Positions 8,420 through 16,069 of a stretch of DNA of 64,000 bases are shown here, in pieces. Each line of letters opens with the position of its first letter. Positions within the stretch are counted from its first letter, which is position 1. The notes under the pieces were generated by a model. It saw only the letters and a list, made by a program, of their open reading frames with translations. It made no database searches and was not told where the DNA came from. Made by a program: the position numbers and the translations under genes. Source of the DNA: Patescibacteria group bacterium (GTDB taxonomy: Bacteria; Patescibacteriota; Minisyncoccia; Portnoybacterales; GWB1-42-6); assembly GCA_022709865.1 (NCBI GenBank), contig JAKLIA010000002.1, forward strand, positions 146,183-210,182, given 5' to 3'.

Positions 8420-9370
8420 TTATTGCACCCAATTAAACAAATACCCGATTATAATTATACCCATAGCGATTATCCCAAAAAATATTGCTAAAAGCTTCAT
8501 AGACAGCACTCGCTTAAGCATAATGGCCTCAGGCAACGACAACCCGGCAACTGCCATCATAAAGGCCAAGGCCGTCCCTAAAGGGAATCCCTGGCCAAAT
8601 AGAGCGAAAACAATCGGCACCACGGTGGAGCAGCCGGCATAGATCGGAATGCCAATCAGCGTGGCAATGGGAACTGCCCAAAGCGAATCCACGCCTAAAT
8701 ATTGCCGGAAAAAATCAACCGGCACATAGCCATGGATTGCTGCTCCCGCGCCAACGCCCAAAGCGATTACCCACCAAAGCTTTTTAAAAGTATTAAAACT
8801 TTCTCTTAACGCAAATTGGAATTTTCCTTCTAAAGTTTTAGGCAAATAATCCTTGTCTAAAGCTTGCCCAGCAACGCCAGAGTCCAAAATCAAACCATTT
8901 TCTAATTTCATTTTTCCCAAAATTAAGCCAGCTCCACCCCCCAAGACTATTCCAGCTAAGGCATAAAGCGCCGCGATTTTCCAGCCAAATAATCCCCCCA
9001 TCATCACAAAAACAATTTCATTAACCAAGGGCGAGGTGACTAAAAAAGAAAATGCGATGCCCAGCGGCACCTCGGCTTTAATAAAGCCGATAAAAATCGG
9101 TATAGAAGAACAAGAGCAAAAAGGCGTCATGGCGCCAAAAATCGCCGCCGCCAGATTCCCTAGGCCGAATTTTTGTTTGGAGAGAACTTCTTTGATTTTG
9201 TGCGGCGGGAAAAAAGTGCGGATAAACGCAATAGCCGCAATAACGATAATCACTAAAAAATATATTTTTATCGTGTCGTAAACAAAAAAATTAACACTGC
9301 TACCAATTTTGGAATCAGCAGATAAATTAAAAACAGAATAAACCAGCCAATTAGAAAAGGTTTGAATCAT
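8420..9370 (-). CDS. COG0701 / ArsP-like permease
   Basis: TPFCSCSSIP and YAGCSTVVP cysteine motifs typical of ArsP/COG0701 permeases; 8-10 TM. Confidence 0.65.
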   Translation of the reverse strand: MIQTFSNWLVYSVFNLSADSKIGSSVNFFVYDTIKIYFLVIIVIAAIAFIRTFFPPHKIKEVLSKQKFGLGNLAAAIFGAMTPFCSCSSIPIFIGFIKAEVPLGIAFSFLVTSPLVNEIVFVMMGGLFGWKIAALYALAGIVLGGGAGLILGKMKLENGLILDSGVAGQALDKDYLPKTLEGKFQFALRESFNTFKKLWWVIALGVGAGAAIHGYVPVDFFRQYLGVDSLWAVPIATLIGIPIYAGCSTVVPIVFALFGQGFPLGTALAFMMAVAGLSLPEAIMLKRVLSMKLLAIFFGIIAMGIIIIGYLFNWVQ

Positions 9371-9389
9371 AATTTAATAAAATTAATAA

Positions 9390-9656
9390 TTATGAACCGC
9401 AGCAACACCCGCCGCTTTTTGTGTTTTCATCTTTTTTATCTGCTCCGGTTTCGCAGCGTCCGTCTTTATCCGAGCAACCGCAGTCGCATTCGTTATCAAA
9501 AATATTTTTTACAAAATTAACCGCCGAAAACTTCTGCTTAATATTTTTTGAACCGCAACCCGGGCAAACGATCTTCTCCTCTTCTTTTTCTTGGATAGTT
9601 GCTTGTGCCTCAAAATCTCGACCGCACGCTAAACACTGACAGCTACATTTAGACAT
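9390..9656 (-). CDS. Cys-rich small protein: FmdB-like zinc ribbon plus C-terminal Cys cluster (CDCGCS...GGCCCGS)
   Basis: CxxC...FE...CPGCGS pattern of FmdB-type zinc ribbon; 17 Cys in 88 aa; in operon between arsR and permease. Confidence 0.5.
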   Translation of the reverse strand: MSKCSCQCLACGRDFEAQATIQEKEEEKIVCPGCGSKNIKQKFSAVNFVKNIFDNECDCGCSDKDGRCETGADKKDENTKSGGCCCGS

Positions 9657-9660
9657 ATTT

Positions 9661-9957
9661 TTATTTTAATTTATTATTTTTAATAATTTTATCCAAAAAT
9701 CCCCGCAACTCCTTTAAGCAGTCGCAATTAAGGGAATAAAAAATCCAGCGGCCTTCGCGGCGGCTTTTGATGAGCTGCTTTTGCCGCAGCACCTTTAAAT
9801 GATGCGAAACCAGATTTTGCGGCAGCTTTAAATGCCCTAAAATATCGCAAACGCATTTTTCTCCCTTGCCCAAAAATAAAATAATGCCTAGGCGATTGGC
9901 GTCGCTTAAAGCATTAAGCAAATGAGAGCAATGGCAAACTGTTTCTTTAGTTTTCAT
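9661..9957 (-). CDS. arsR: ArsR/SmtB family metalloregulatory transcriptional repressor
   Basis: wHTH with LGIILFL, CVCDIL metal-site cysteines, NLVSHHLKVLRQKQLIKSRREGRWIFYSL recognition helix/wing. Confidence 0.8.
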   Translation of the reverse strand: MKTKETVCHCSHLLNALSDANRLGIILFLGKGEKCVCDILGHLKLPQNLVSHHLKVLRQKQLIKSRREGRWIFYSLNCDCLKELRGFLDKIIKNNKLK

Positions 9958-9975
9958 ATCAATATATATTGATAT
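9956..9975. promoter_or_regulatory. Perfect 20-bp palindrome ATATCAATATATATTGATAT overlapping arsR start codon and -10: candidate ArsR operator
   Basis: Reverse complement identical; sits between -10 TAATAT (minus strand, 9974..9979) and ATG. Confidence 0.6.
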
Positions 9976-10002
9976 ATTATCCCCCGCTCAACAACTTGTC
10001 AA
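9974..10002 (-). promoter_or_regulatory. Sigma70-like promoter for arsR operon (TTGACA-N17-TAATAT)
   Basis: Minus strand TTGACA at 10002..9997, 17-nt spacer, TAATAT at 9979..9974. Confidence 0.5.
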
Positions 10003-10010
10003 GCCCAACA

Positions 10011-10041
10011 AAAAAACCGCCTGAGTTTGAGGCGGTTTTTT
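10011..10041. terminator. Rho-independent terminator (after CDS 10064..10684)
   Basis: aaaaaaccgcctgagtttgaggcggtttttt hairpin with flanking A/T runs. Confidence 0.6.
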
Positions 10042-10063
10042 ATTAACGACATTAAGCTTGCGA

Positions 10064-10684
10064 TCAATACTTGAACTCAAAACTATTAAGCACGTTATAA
10101 AAAATATCGCGGTATTCCGGCCATTTTTCCGCCGTTGTGTTATTGGAAATATTAAAATATTTATCTCCCTTCATCGCAATTGCAACTATTACTTTAAAAT
10201 TGACATCCTGCATCTTTAAATCGGCCTCTATGAGTTTGGCTGGCTGTCCGCCTATTGTTCCGTCGACAGTAGACAAAAACTTGATTGCCGGAGCAACGCC
10301 TTCCAACTGCTTCTTAACCATTTTAGTTATCTCATCAAGCGTTTGGCCGCTAGTTTTATCGAAAGAAACTGCAAAATAACTTTTGAAATTAATTTTGGCT
10401 GCCGCGCTATCTTTTGGCTGAACTTCTCTAGAGTTTTGATAAGAAACAAGGGTGCTAGGCAAATGAGTCTGGATCCAGCCTGTCGGCGGAATAAAAGAAA
10501 AATAATCACCGACAAAAGGCGCGTCGAATTGAGGGTTCTGATTTGTTTCTTGGCTGTCTGACGGTTCTTCTTTAGGAGACGCTTCCTCACCTCGCCCCAA
10601 CCAATACCCAATTCCCGCGCCAACAATTAAAATGCCGGCAATAACAGTAATTATTAAAACCTTACTAACTCCTCGCTGATTCAT
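10064..10684 (-). CDS. Hypothetical membrane-anchored protein (TGA stop)
   Basis: 206 aa ORF, single N-terminal TM; stop codon is TGA, showing TGA is a stop in this genome. Confidence 0.5.
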   Translation of the reverse strand: MNQRGVSKVLIITVIAGILIVGAGIGYWLGRGEEASPKEEPSDSQETNQNPQFDAPFVGDYFSFIPPTGWIQTHLPSTLVSYQNSREVQPKDSAAAKINFKSYFAVSFDKTSGQTLDEITKMVKKQLEGVAPAIKFLSTVDGTIGGQPAKLIEADLKMQDVNFKVIVAIAMKGDKYFNISNNTTAEKWPEYRDIFYNVLNSFEFKY

Positions 10685-10723
10685 ATATTTATATTAACAT
10701 TAATTCAGTTAACATGATCAGAG

Positions 10724-10838
10724 CCCAGTAGGGATCACTAGAGAGTCCACCACTCCTGCCTAGAACCTCTGAGGTTTCAATCCAGTAGTGGGTTTGTTGG
10801 TCTTCCCTTAGTATATCATACCGAAGCTCCTCGGTAGG
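10724..10838 (+). repeat. Intergenic repeat element copy A (~115 nt)
   Basis: Shares long identical blocks with 12972..13074 (cactaga[g/a]agtccaccactcc ... gaatccagtagtg[g/a]gttt[g/a]ttggtcttcc.tta.tatatcataccgaagctcctcggtagg) and with 14916..14941. Confidence 0.55.
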
Positions 10839-10859
10839 AGTTCTTTAAAAAATGATAAT

Positions 10860-11894
10860 CTATTCTGCTCCTAAAATATAAGCAAACATTAATGGTGCAA
10901 CAATCGTGGCGTCGCTTTCAATTACAAATCGAGGTGTATTTTTACCAAGCTTTCCCCATGTAATTTTTTCATTCGGCACGGCTCCGCTATAAGAACCATA
11001 AGAAGTTGTGCTGTCGGATATCTGGCAAAAATATTCCCAAAGTTTACAGCCTAGTCCTAAATCTTGCTGAATCAACGGAACAACGCAAATTGGAAAATCT
11101 CCGGAGATGCCGCCGCCTATTTGGAAAAATCCCAAAGAGCTTTTTTTAGTCGCTTCTAGATACCAATTAATCAGAAAAACCATTGTCTCCAATCCAGACT
11201 TCACAATGCCAATGTTTTTTATATTTTTGCCATGATAGCTGTCGCCACGACCCATCGTTAACGCGGCAAAAATATTTCCCAAAGTTGAATCTTCCCAGCC
11301 CGGAACGAAAATGGGCAAATTCTTCTCACAGGCCGCCAGCATCCAAGAATCCTTAGGATCGATTTGATAATATTGCTTTAAAACTCCGGAACGGATTAAC
11401 TGATACATATATTCATAAGGAAAATATCTTTCTCCGTTTTGTTCCGCTTTCTGCCAATACTTGATTAAGTGCCCTTCGATCCTTCTCATCGCCTCTTCTT
11501 CGGGAATACAGGTATCGGTCACCCGATTAAAATTATTTCTTAAAAGATCCTCTTCATCCTCCGGCGACAAATCCCGATAATTTGGCACCATTTTATAATA
11601 TTTGTTCGCCACCAAATTAAAAATATCTTCTTCAAGATTAGCTCCGGTGCAACTGATAGCGTGTATTTTATCCTGGCGAATCATTTCCGCCAAAGAAATA
11701 CCTAGCTCTGCCGTGCTCATTGCCCCACCCATCGCCAAAAACATTTTACCGCCTTTTTTTATATGATTAACATAAGCAACGGAAGCATCTTTTAGTACCG
11801 TCGAATTAAAATGTCGATAATTATGATCGATAAATTCTTTGATTATTTTAAAGTCTACTTTTGATTTTTTTTGTTTTATATTTTTCTTTTTCAT
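10860..11894 (-). CDS. Deoxyhypusine synthase family protein (DHS-like)
   Basis: MGGAMSTAELG, SCTGANLEEDI, FQIGGGIS blocks characteristic of DHS/homospermidine-synthase-like fold; 344 aa. Confidence 0.7.
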   Translation of the reverse strand: MKKKNIKQKKSKVDFKIIKEFIDHNYRHFNSTVLKDASVAYVNHIKKGGKMFLAMGGAMSTAELGISLAEMIRQDKIHAISCTGANLEEDIFNLVANKYYKMVPNYRDLSPEDEEDLLRNNFNRVTDTCIPEEEAMRRIEGHLIKYWQKAEQNGERYFPYEYMYQLIRSGVLKQYYQIDPKDSWMLAACEKNLPIFVPGWEDSTLGNIFAALTMGRGDSYHGKNIKNIGIVKSGLETMVFLINWYLEATKKSSLGFFQIGGGISGDFPICVVPLIQQDLGLGCKLWEYFCQISDSTTSYGSYSGAVPNEKITWGKLGKNTPRFVIESDATIVAPLMFAYILGAE

Positions 11895-12062
11895 TATTCT
11901 TTATTTTTTATTCCTCCGATAAAAAATTTTTAAAAATAAAAATAATTTTTGTCTATATTTTTATATTACTCTCCTAAATTTTTTTGTAAATAGTTTTTTA
12001 AGATTTTTTTAATTTTTTATGCTATAATAAAAAATAATAATTAATTTTTGAAAATAAATTTT

Positions 12063-12863
12063 ATGTCCAACAAAAAAATTAACGAGTTATTTGATTTTAC
12101 TAGCCAGACCGTCGTGATTACCGGCGGATTAATGGGAATCGGCTGGGGCATTGCAGAAAGATTTGCCGAAGCCGGCGCCAATATTGTTATTGCCGATATC
12201 AATGAAACCGGCGAAACAAAAACCAAAAAGTTAAATGACGAATACAATATAAAAGCTGTCTTCATTAAAACCGATGTCAGCTCGGAAGAAGACGTAAAAA
12301 ATCTAATAACTCAAACAGAGAAACAATTCAGTAAAATAAATATTTTTATAAATGACGCTGGCATCTTTCCCTTGTCGCCGGTTTTAGGTATGAGTCTTGA
12401 TTTTTGGGAAAAAGTTCAAGCAGTAAATCTTCGTGGAGTATTTTTATGTTGCCGCGAAGCAGCCAAATCAATGATAAAAAACGGCGGAGGCAATATTATC
12501 AATATTGCTTCTGTTGATGCGTTGCATCCCAGCATGGCAGGACTAGCCGCCTATGATGCTTCAAAGCATGGCGTTTGGGGCTTTACAAAAAATCTAGCAT
12601 TAGAATTAGCTAAGGAAAAAATCCGAGTCAATGCCATCGCCCCAGGAGGAATTAGAACAGAGGGAGTAGAAGAAATGAGCCATGGGGCAACAAAGGCAGC
12701 TGAAAATCCCGAAGCGCCGCAAGAGGCTCCGATGGATGTCCCGATGAAAAGAATGGGAGAACCGGATGAGATAGCGACTGTTGCTCTATTTTTAGCCAGC
12801 GATGCTTCTTCTTATATGACCGGATCAATTATTGTGGCCGACGGCGGAATGCTGCTCAAATAA
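12063..12863 (+). CDS. Short-chain dehydrogenase/reductase (SDR) family oxidoreductase
   Basis: TGGLMGIGWGIA Rossmann motif, NDAG, YDASKHGVWGFTK catalytic YxxxK, IRVNAIAPGGIRT; alternative start at 12048. Confidence 0.8.
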   Translation: MSNKKINELFDFTSQTVVITGGLMGIGWGIAERFAEAGANIVIADINETGETKTKKLNDEYNIKAVFIKTDVSSEEDVKNLITQTEKQFSKINIFINDAGIFPLSPVLGMSLDFWEKVQAVNLRGVFLCCREAAKSMIKNGGGNIINIASVDALHPSMAGLAAYDASKHGVWGFTKNLALELAKEKIRVNAIAPGGIRTEGVEEMSHGATKAAENPEAPQEAPMDVPMKRMGEPDEIATVALFLASDASSYMTGSIIVADGGMLLK

Positions 12864-12885
12864 ATAATAAAAATCACCAATGTTA

Positions 12886-12914
12886 ATACAAAAAACTACC
12901 CTTAAACGAGAGTA
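12886..12914 (+). terminator. Candidate terminator after SDR gene
   Basis: aaaaactacccttaaacgagagtagtttttt: stem actac/gtagt followed by T-run. Confidence 0.45.
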
Positions 12915-12922
12915 GTTTTTTA

Positions 12923-13074
12923 GCCCAGACTTAATAGAATTCAATCAACGTGAAAGCTCATCGGTCACGTGCACTAGAAAGTCCACCACTCCGGTCTAGC
13001 ACCTATATACTTTGAATCCAGTAGTGAGTTTATTGGTCTTCCTTTATTATATCATACCGAAGCTCCTCGGTAGG
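12923..13074 (+). repeat. Intergenic repeat element copy B
   Basis: See copy A; conserved 3' block including hairpin taccgaagctcctcggta identical in A and B. Confidence 0.55.
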
Positions 13075-13099
13075 GGTGTTTAGTACTTATTTCAGATTA

Positions 13100-13576
13100 T
13101 TATTTTGTTTTAATAATTTGAGAAATCGTTTTTATATCGCCTAAAAATTTTGCCTTTTTTAATTCGCTCATCGTTGTATAAAGTTTAACTTGGCATCTCC
13201 TCCCTTCCCCTTTTCTACATAAAATCGGCTCCTGTAGTTTTTTTATTTCCTCAATATAATATTCTTTGTGATATTTTTTCTTTTCCCATAATTTCCCTTT
13301 TTCTTCTGAATATTTTAATATGTCGGGATTTCTTTTAAAAAAATCTTTTAATAATGCATTGTTATCGCTGCTCTTTACTTTAGCGATATGCGTAATAGCC
13401 GATTTTATATTTTTGCCTTCATTAAGCTGAACGCGAAAAAACGCAATATAATCCGCATCTGCAGAGTTCATTTTTTGTGAGGTGATGTGACTTTTTTTAA
13501 CCGTTTCCCACACTATTGGTATTGTAGAAGCTATCAATACCTCCGCGCGTTTTATCTTGTTATTAAATCCTAGCAT
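13100..13576 (-). CDS. Hypothetical protein
   Basis: 158 aa Lys-rich ORF, no recognised motif. Confidence 0.45.
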   Translation of the reverse strand: MLGFNNKIKRAEVLIASTIPIVWETVKKSHITSQKMNSADADYIAFFRVQLNEGKNIKSAITHIAKVKSSDNNALLKDFFKRNPDILKYSEEKGKLWEKKKYHKEYYIEEIKKLQEPILCRKGEGRRCQVKLYTTMSELKKAKFLGDIKTISQIIKTK

Positions 13577-13609
13577 ATTCGTATATCGCTTTATGATTAA
13601 GCGTATGAA

Positions 13610-14866
13610 TTATTCAACTGCCACGCCAGACATATAAGAATCTCTGTCCACGGTATTAATTTCGTAAACAGCGTCCCAATCATAACCCATTCGATTAAAA
13701 CCTTCAGATGTCTTAATCCAGCGTTTTTCGCCGGCATCCCCTGCCGGATAAAGCTTATACGCCTTAGCATCGCCAACCGCTCTCACTAATTCTGAAGTAG
13801 TAAATAAATCTATTACGCTTTTTTCAACATCTAACACATCACTCCATTTAAGGTGTCCGTAGCTGTTAAACACCGATGGACTTAAAATCAAGCGCTTGAA
13901 CTTTTTTGAGCCAACGTATTTAACGATGTAAATGTCCAAATCGCCAATGGCGCGAATTAAAGCACCTTCTGCAATGTTTTCTGTTGAACCCGGAGTTGGT
14001 ATTGATGATGGAGAGGGGGTTACCGAAGGCGTTGGCGTTGGTGTGGGGGTTGGACTGGGAGATGGACTTGGAGTTGGAGTTGGACTTGAAGTTGGAGTAG
14101 GCGTTGTGGTTGGAGACGAGCTAGGAGATATACTTGGCGAAGAAGTTACGACAGAAGAATCGGCAAGGCACTTATTAAATAAATCCATTTCGGCGCTTGT
14201 GCCGTTCGGCATAGTTCTTTTATTTTGTAAAACCCACGCTTTGTACCATGGAGTGGTACAAACATACCAATCTGATCTATTACTTTTTGACCCAGGCGTT
14301 GAAAGCGGAACTATCGTATCTTGTTCGTCCCAGCCATATTTTACGTCACCATCGTTAAATGTAATTTCACAATTCGCAGACTGACCATATTCTAAAATTC
14401 CGGAACAACCAGCTGAAAAAGTGATAGTGCCACCACCTGATTGCCAATAAGGTTTATAAAAATTAGCAATAGATTGCCATTCTCCTTCACCATACACATT
14501 AGCATTACTAGAGCTTCTATCAGTATAAACCTCATAGGGAATCGGATATGTGTTATCCGTAAGACTTGAAAAGATGTTTATGATAGTTGAGATCTCTATT
14601 AGGCCTGTTCTACTTGTGCCCCTGTTTGACGCTTCTTTTCCCCACATTATGTGATAAAGAAAATCTGTTGCATCAAGCTCTCCCGCACCATCATTTATAA
14701 CTCTTACTGTGATTGATATAGTTGGACAATCTTTTCCAACTTCACATTGACCGTCTTCGACGCTCGCCAAAACAAAAGAGCAAAAAAATAAAAAAGTGCA
14801 AGCAAAAATTACGCTCAAAAAATGCGCCTTCTGACCCAAATTAAATTTTTGGGTTTTTGTTATCAT
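13610..14866 (-). CDS. Secreted/surface protein with Pro/Thr/Ser-rich linker between two globular domains
   Basis: N-terminal signal/TM, ~50-residue SPTPTPSPSP linker (encoded by ggagttgga-type low-complexity DNA at ~14030..14150), conserved Cys pairs. Confidence 0.55.
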   Translation of the reverse strand: MITKTQKFNLGQKAHFLSVIFACTFLFFCSFVLASVEDGQCEVGKDCPTISITVRVINDGAGELDATDFLYHIMWGKEASNRGTSRTGLIEISTIINIFSSLTDNTYPIPYEVYTDRSSSNANVYGEGEWQSIANFYKPYWQSGGGTITFSAGCSGILEYGQSANCEITFNDGDVKYGWDEQDTIVPLSTPGSKSNRSDWYVCTTPWYKAWVLQNKRTMPNGTSAEMDLFNKCLADSSVVTSSPSISPSSSPTTTPTPTSSPTPTPSPSPSPTPTPTPTPSVTPSPSSIPTPGSTENIAEGALIRAIGDLDIYIVKYVGSKKFKRLILSPSVFNSYGHLKWSDVLDVEKSVIDLFTTSELVRAVGDAKAYKLYPAGDAGEKRWIKTSEGFNRMGYDWDAVYEINTVDRDSYMSGVAVE

Positions 14867-14915
14867 AACTCTATTTTACGCCTTGACGGATATAGAATCA
14901 AGCTACGTGAATGGG

Positions 14916-14941
14916 GCCCGGTAGGGATCACTAGAGAGTCC
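14916..14941 (+). repeat. Truncated repeat element copy C abutting tRNA-Tyr 3' end
   Basis: gcccggtagggatcactagagagtcc identical to start of copy A; ends exactly at tRNA-Tyr discriminator. Confidence 0.45.
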
Positions 14942-15011
14942 AGGGGGTAGGAGTTGAACCTACTTAAAGCGGTTTTACAGACCGCCGCATCAACCGTTCT
15001 GCCACCCCTGG
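14939..15011 (-). tRNA. tRNA-Tyr (anticodon GUA), C1:G72, short (5-nt) variable loop
   Basis: Acceptor CCAGGGG/CCCCTGG, D-stem GCA/TGC loop GAACGGTTGA, anticodon stem GCGGT/ACCGC loop CTGTAAA, variable TTTAA, T-arm GTAGGTTCAACTCCTAC. Confidence 0.8.
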
Positions 15012-15012
15012 A

Positions 15013-15120
15013 TATAAATATTGGAACCACCTCTCGGATTCGAATCCCGTAAAAAATTGCTGCGCAATTTAACGGGACAAGCCGAAAATCTACGTTCACC
15101 CCGTTAAATAGTCCTGCTTG
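15013..15120. other. tRNA-like debris (TTCGAAT T-loop-like palindrome, GGTGGTTCCA) plus inverted repeat ATTTAACGGG / CCCGTTAAAT
   Basis: ctcggattcgaatcccg at 15033..15049; IR arms 15067..15076 and 15100..15109; direct copy of atttaacggg[g/a]caagc at 15196..15210. Confidence 0.35.
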
Positions 15121-15192
15121 AGCCAGCGGTCGGGATTGGACCGACGACCTACGCTTTACAAAAGCGTTGCTCTACCACTGAGCTACGCTGGC
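15121..15192 (-). tRNA. tRNA-Thr (anticodon UGU)
   Basis: Acceptor GCCAGCG/CGCTGGC, D-arm TAGCTCAGTGGTAGAGC, anticodon stem ACGCT/AGCGT loop TTTGTAA, T-arm GTCGGTCCAATCCCGAC. Confidence 0.85.
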
Positions 15193-15210
15193 AAGATTTA
15201 ACGGGGCAAG

Positions 15211-15245
15211 CAAAAGCGTTGCTCTGCCGGCTGAGCTAAGGTGGC
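15211..15245 (-). pseudogene. Truncated tRNA-Thr-like 5' half (acceptor, D-arm, 5' anticodon stem, breaks in anticodon loop)
   Basis: Minus strand GCCACCTTAGCTCAGCCGGCAGAGCAACGCTTTTG then CTTGCCCCGTTAAATCTT directly joined to tRNA-Thr(UGU) 5' end. Confidence 0.45.
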
Positions 15246-15297
15246 GATAGAGAGCATCACTTAATCACTCAACCACTCAATTACTTATTCGCTTCTT

Positions 15298-16068
15298 TTA
15301 TTTTTTCTTTCCGCTTCGCAACCCCTTTATGCTTTCCAATTTTTCTTTAGTTTTTTCATCGGTTGGATCAAGCTTCAAAACTTGCCGGAAGCAAGCCCGG
15401 GCATCAGAATAACTTTTCTGATTATAATATATATCGCAAAGCGCCCGATAAGAATCCACATCTTTTGGATTTTCGGCAATGGCATCAATATATTTCTTTT
15501 CTTCTTCCGAAACCGTTAATATTTCTTCTTCCTCCGGCTGCTGATCCACCACTTCATTAACCACCGGCTCGATAACCGTTTCTTCTTCCACGCTGTTCAC
15601 TATCTCCACTTTTTCCTTGAAAGCGTTATCTTCGTCCTTGGCCACTTCTTTTTCTATTTTTTGGATAGTTTGGGAAACCTCAGCCTTATCCAGCTGTTCC
15701 AATAACCGCGTTTCTTCTTTTTTCTTTAAGCGGCGGCCTTCCATCCAGGCGCGGGACCTGATTGTCCAAATATCTGATCTTTCGCGCGCTTTTTTTATCC
15801 AAGCCGCGAATAAATTATCTATCCTTGAAATAGCCAAACGAAACCTCCTAAGGCTTTTTTCTAGCTGGCTCAAGATTATAGGAAAAATATCTGAGTATTT
15901 CAACCGATGGAACCGCGTTTTTATTTCTTCGCTGATCTCCCCTTTTAATGAAGGCTGGGCATCGGTCGGCAGTTTAATTAAGGTTGGGATCTTGCGGAAA
16001 AGAATTACCAAAATACCTGCCAATCCCCCAACGAATAAAATAATGCCTATTAGTGTTATCCAAGACAT
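15298..16068 (-). CDS. Membrane-anchored TPR-repeat protein
   Basis: N-terminal TM (WITLIGIILFVGGLAGILVILF), acidic linker, C-terminal TPR-like YRALCDIYYNQKSYSDARACFRQVLKLDP; start moved to Met 16068 to avoid overlap with tsf (track: 16116). Confidence 0.5.
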   Translation of the reverse strand: MSWITLIGIILFVGGLAGILVILFRKIPTLIKLPTDAQPSLKGEISEEIKTRFHRLKYSDIFPIILSQLEKSLRRFRLAISRIDNLFAAWIKKARERSDIWTIRSRAWMEGRRLKKKEETRLLEQLDKAEVSQTIQKIEKEVAKDEDNAFKEKVEIVNSVEEETVIEPVVNEVVDQQPEEEEILTVSEEEKKYIDAIAENPKDVDSYRALCDIYYNQKSYSDARACFRQVLKLDPTDEKTKEKLESIKGLRSGKKK

Positions 16069-16069
16069 A

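Noticed and set aside
10064-10066. Possibility of UGA recoding (code 25, as in some CPR lineages)
   Set aside because: - Long genes (dnaE, P-type ATPase, tkt) are uninterrupted under the standard code.
- TGA terminates CDS 10064..10684.
- tRNA-Trp has a normal CCA anticodon.
10745-10765. Similarity of repeat element segment cactagaRagtccaccactcc to RNase P P4 (GGAAAGUCCGGGC)
   Set aside because: - Only ~8 nt match.
- No other RNase P helices are present.
- The real rnpB is found at 27305..27689.
10724-10838. Repeat copies A/B as tRNA-like or tmRNA-like genes (UCCACCA segment)
   Set aside because: - No T-arm (GTTCGAATC-type) or acceptor pairing could be built.
- The interior between conserved stems is not conserved between copies.
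13932-14384. 150-aa plus-strand ORF with GVG repeats
   Set aside because: Antisense shadow of the Pro/Thr-linker coding repeats of CDS 13610..14866.
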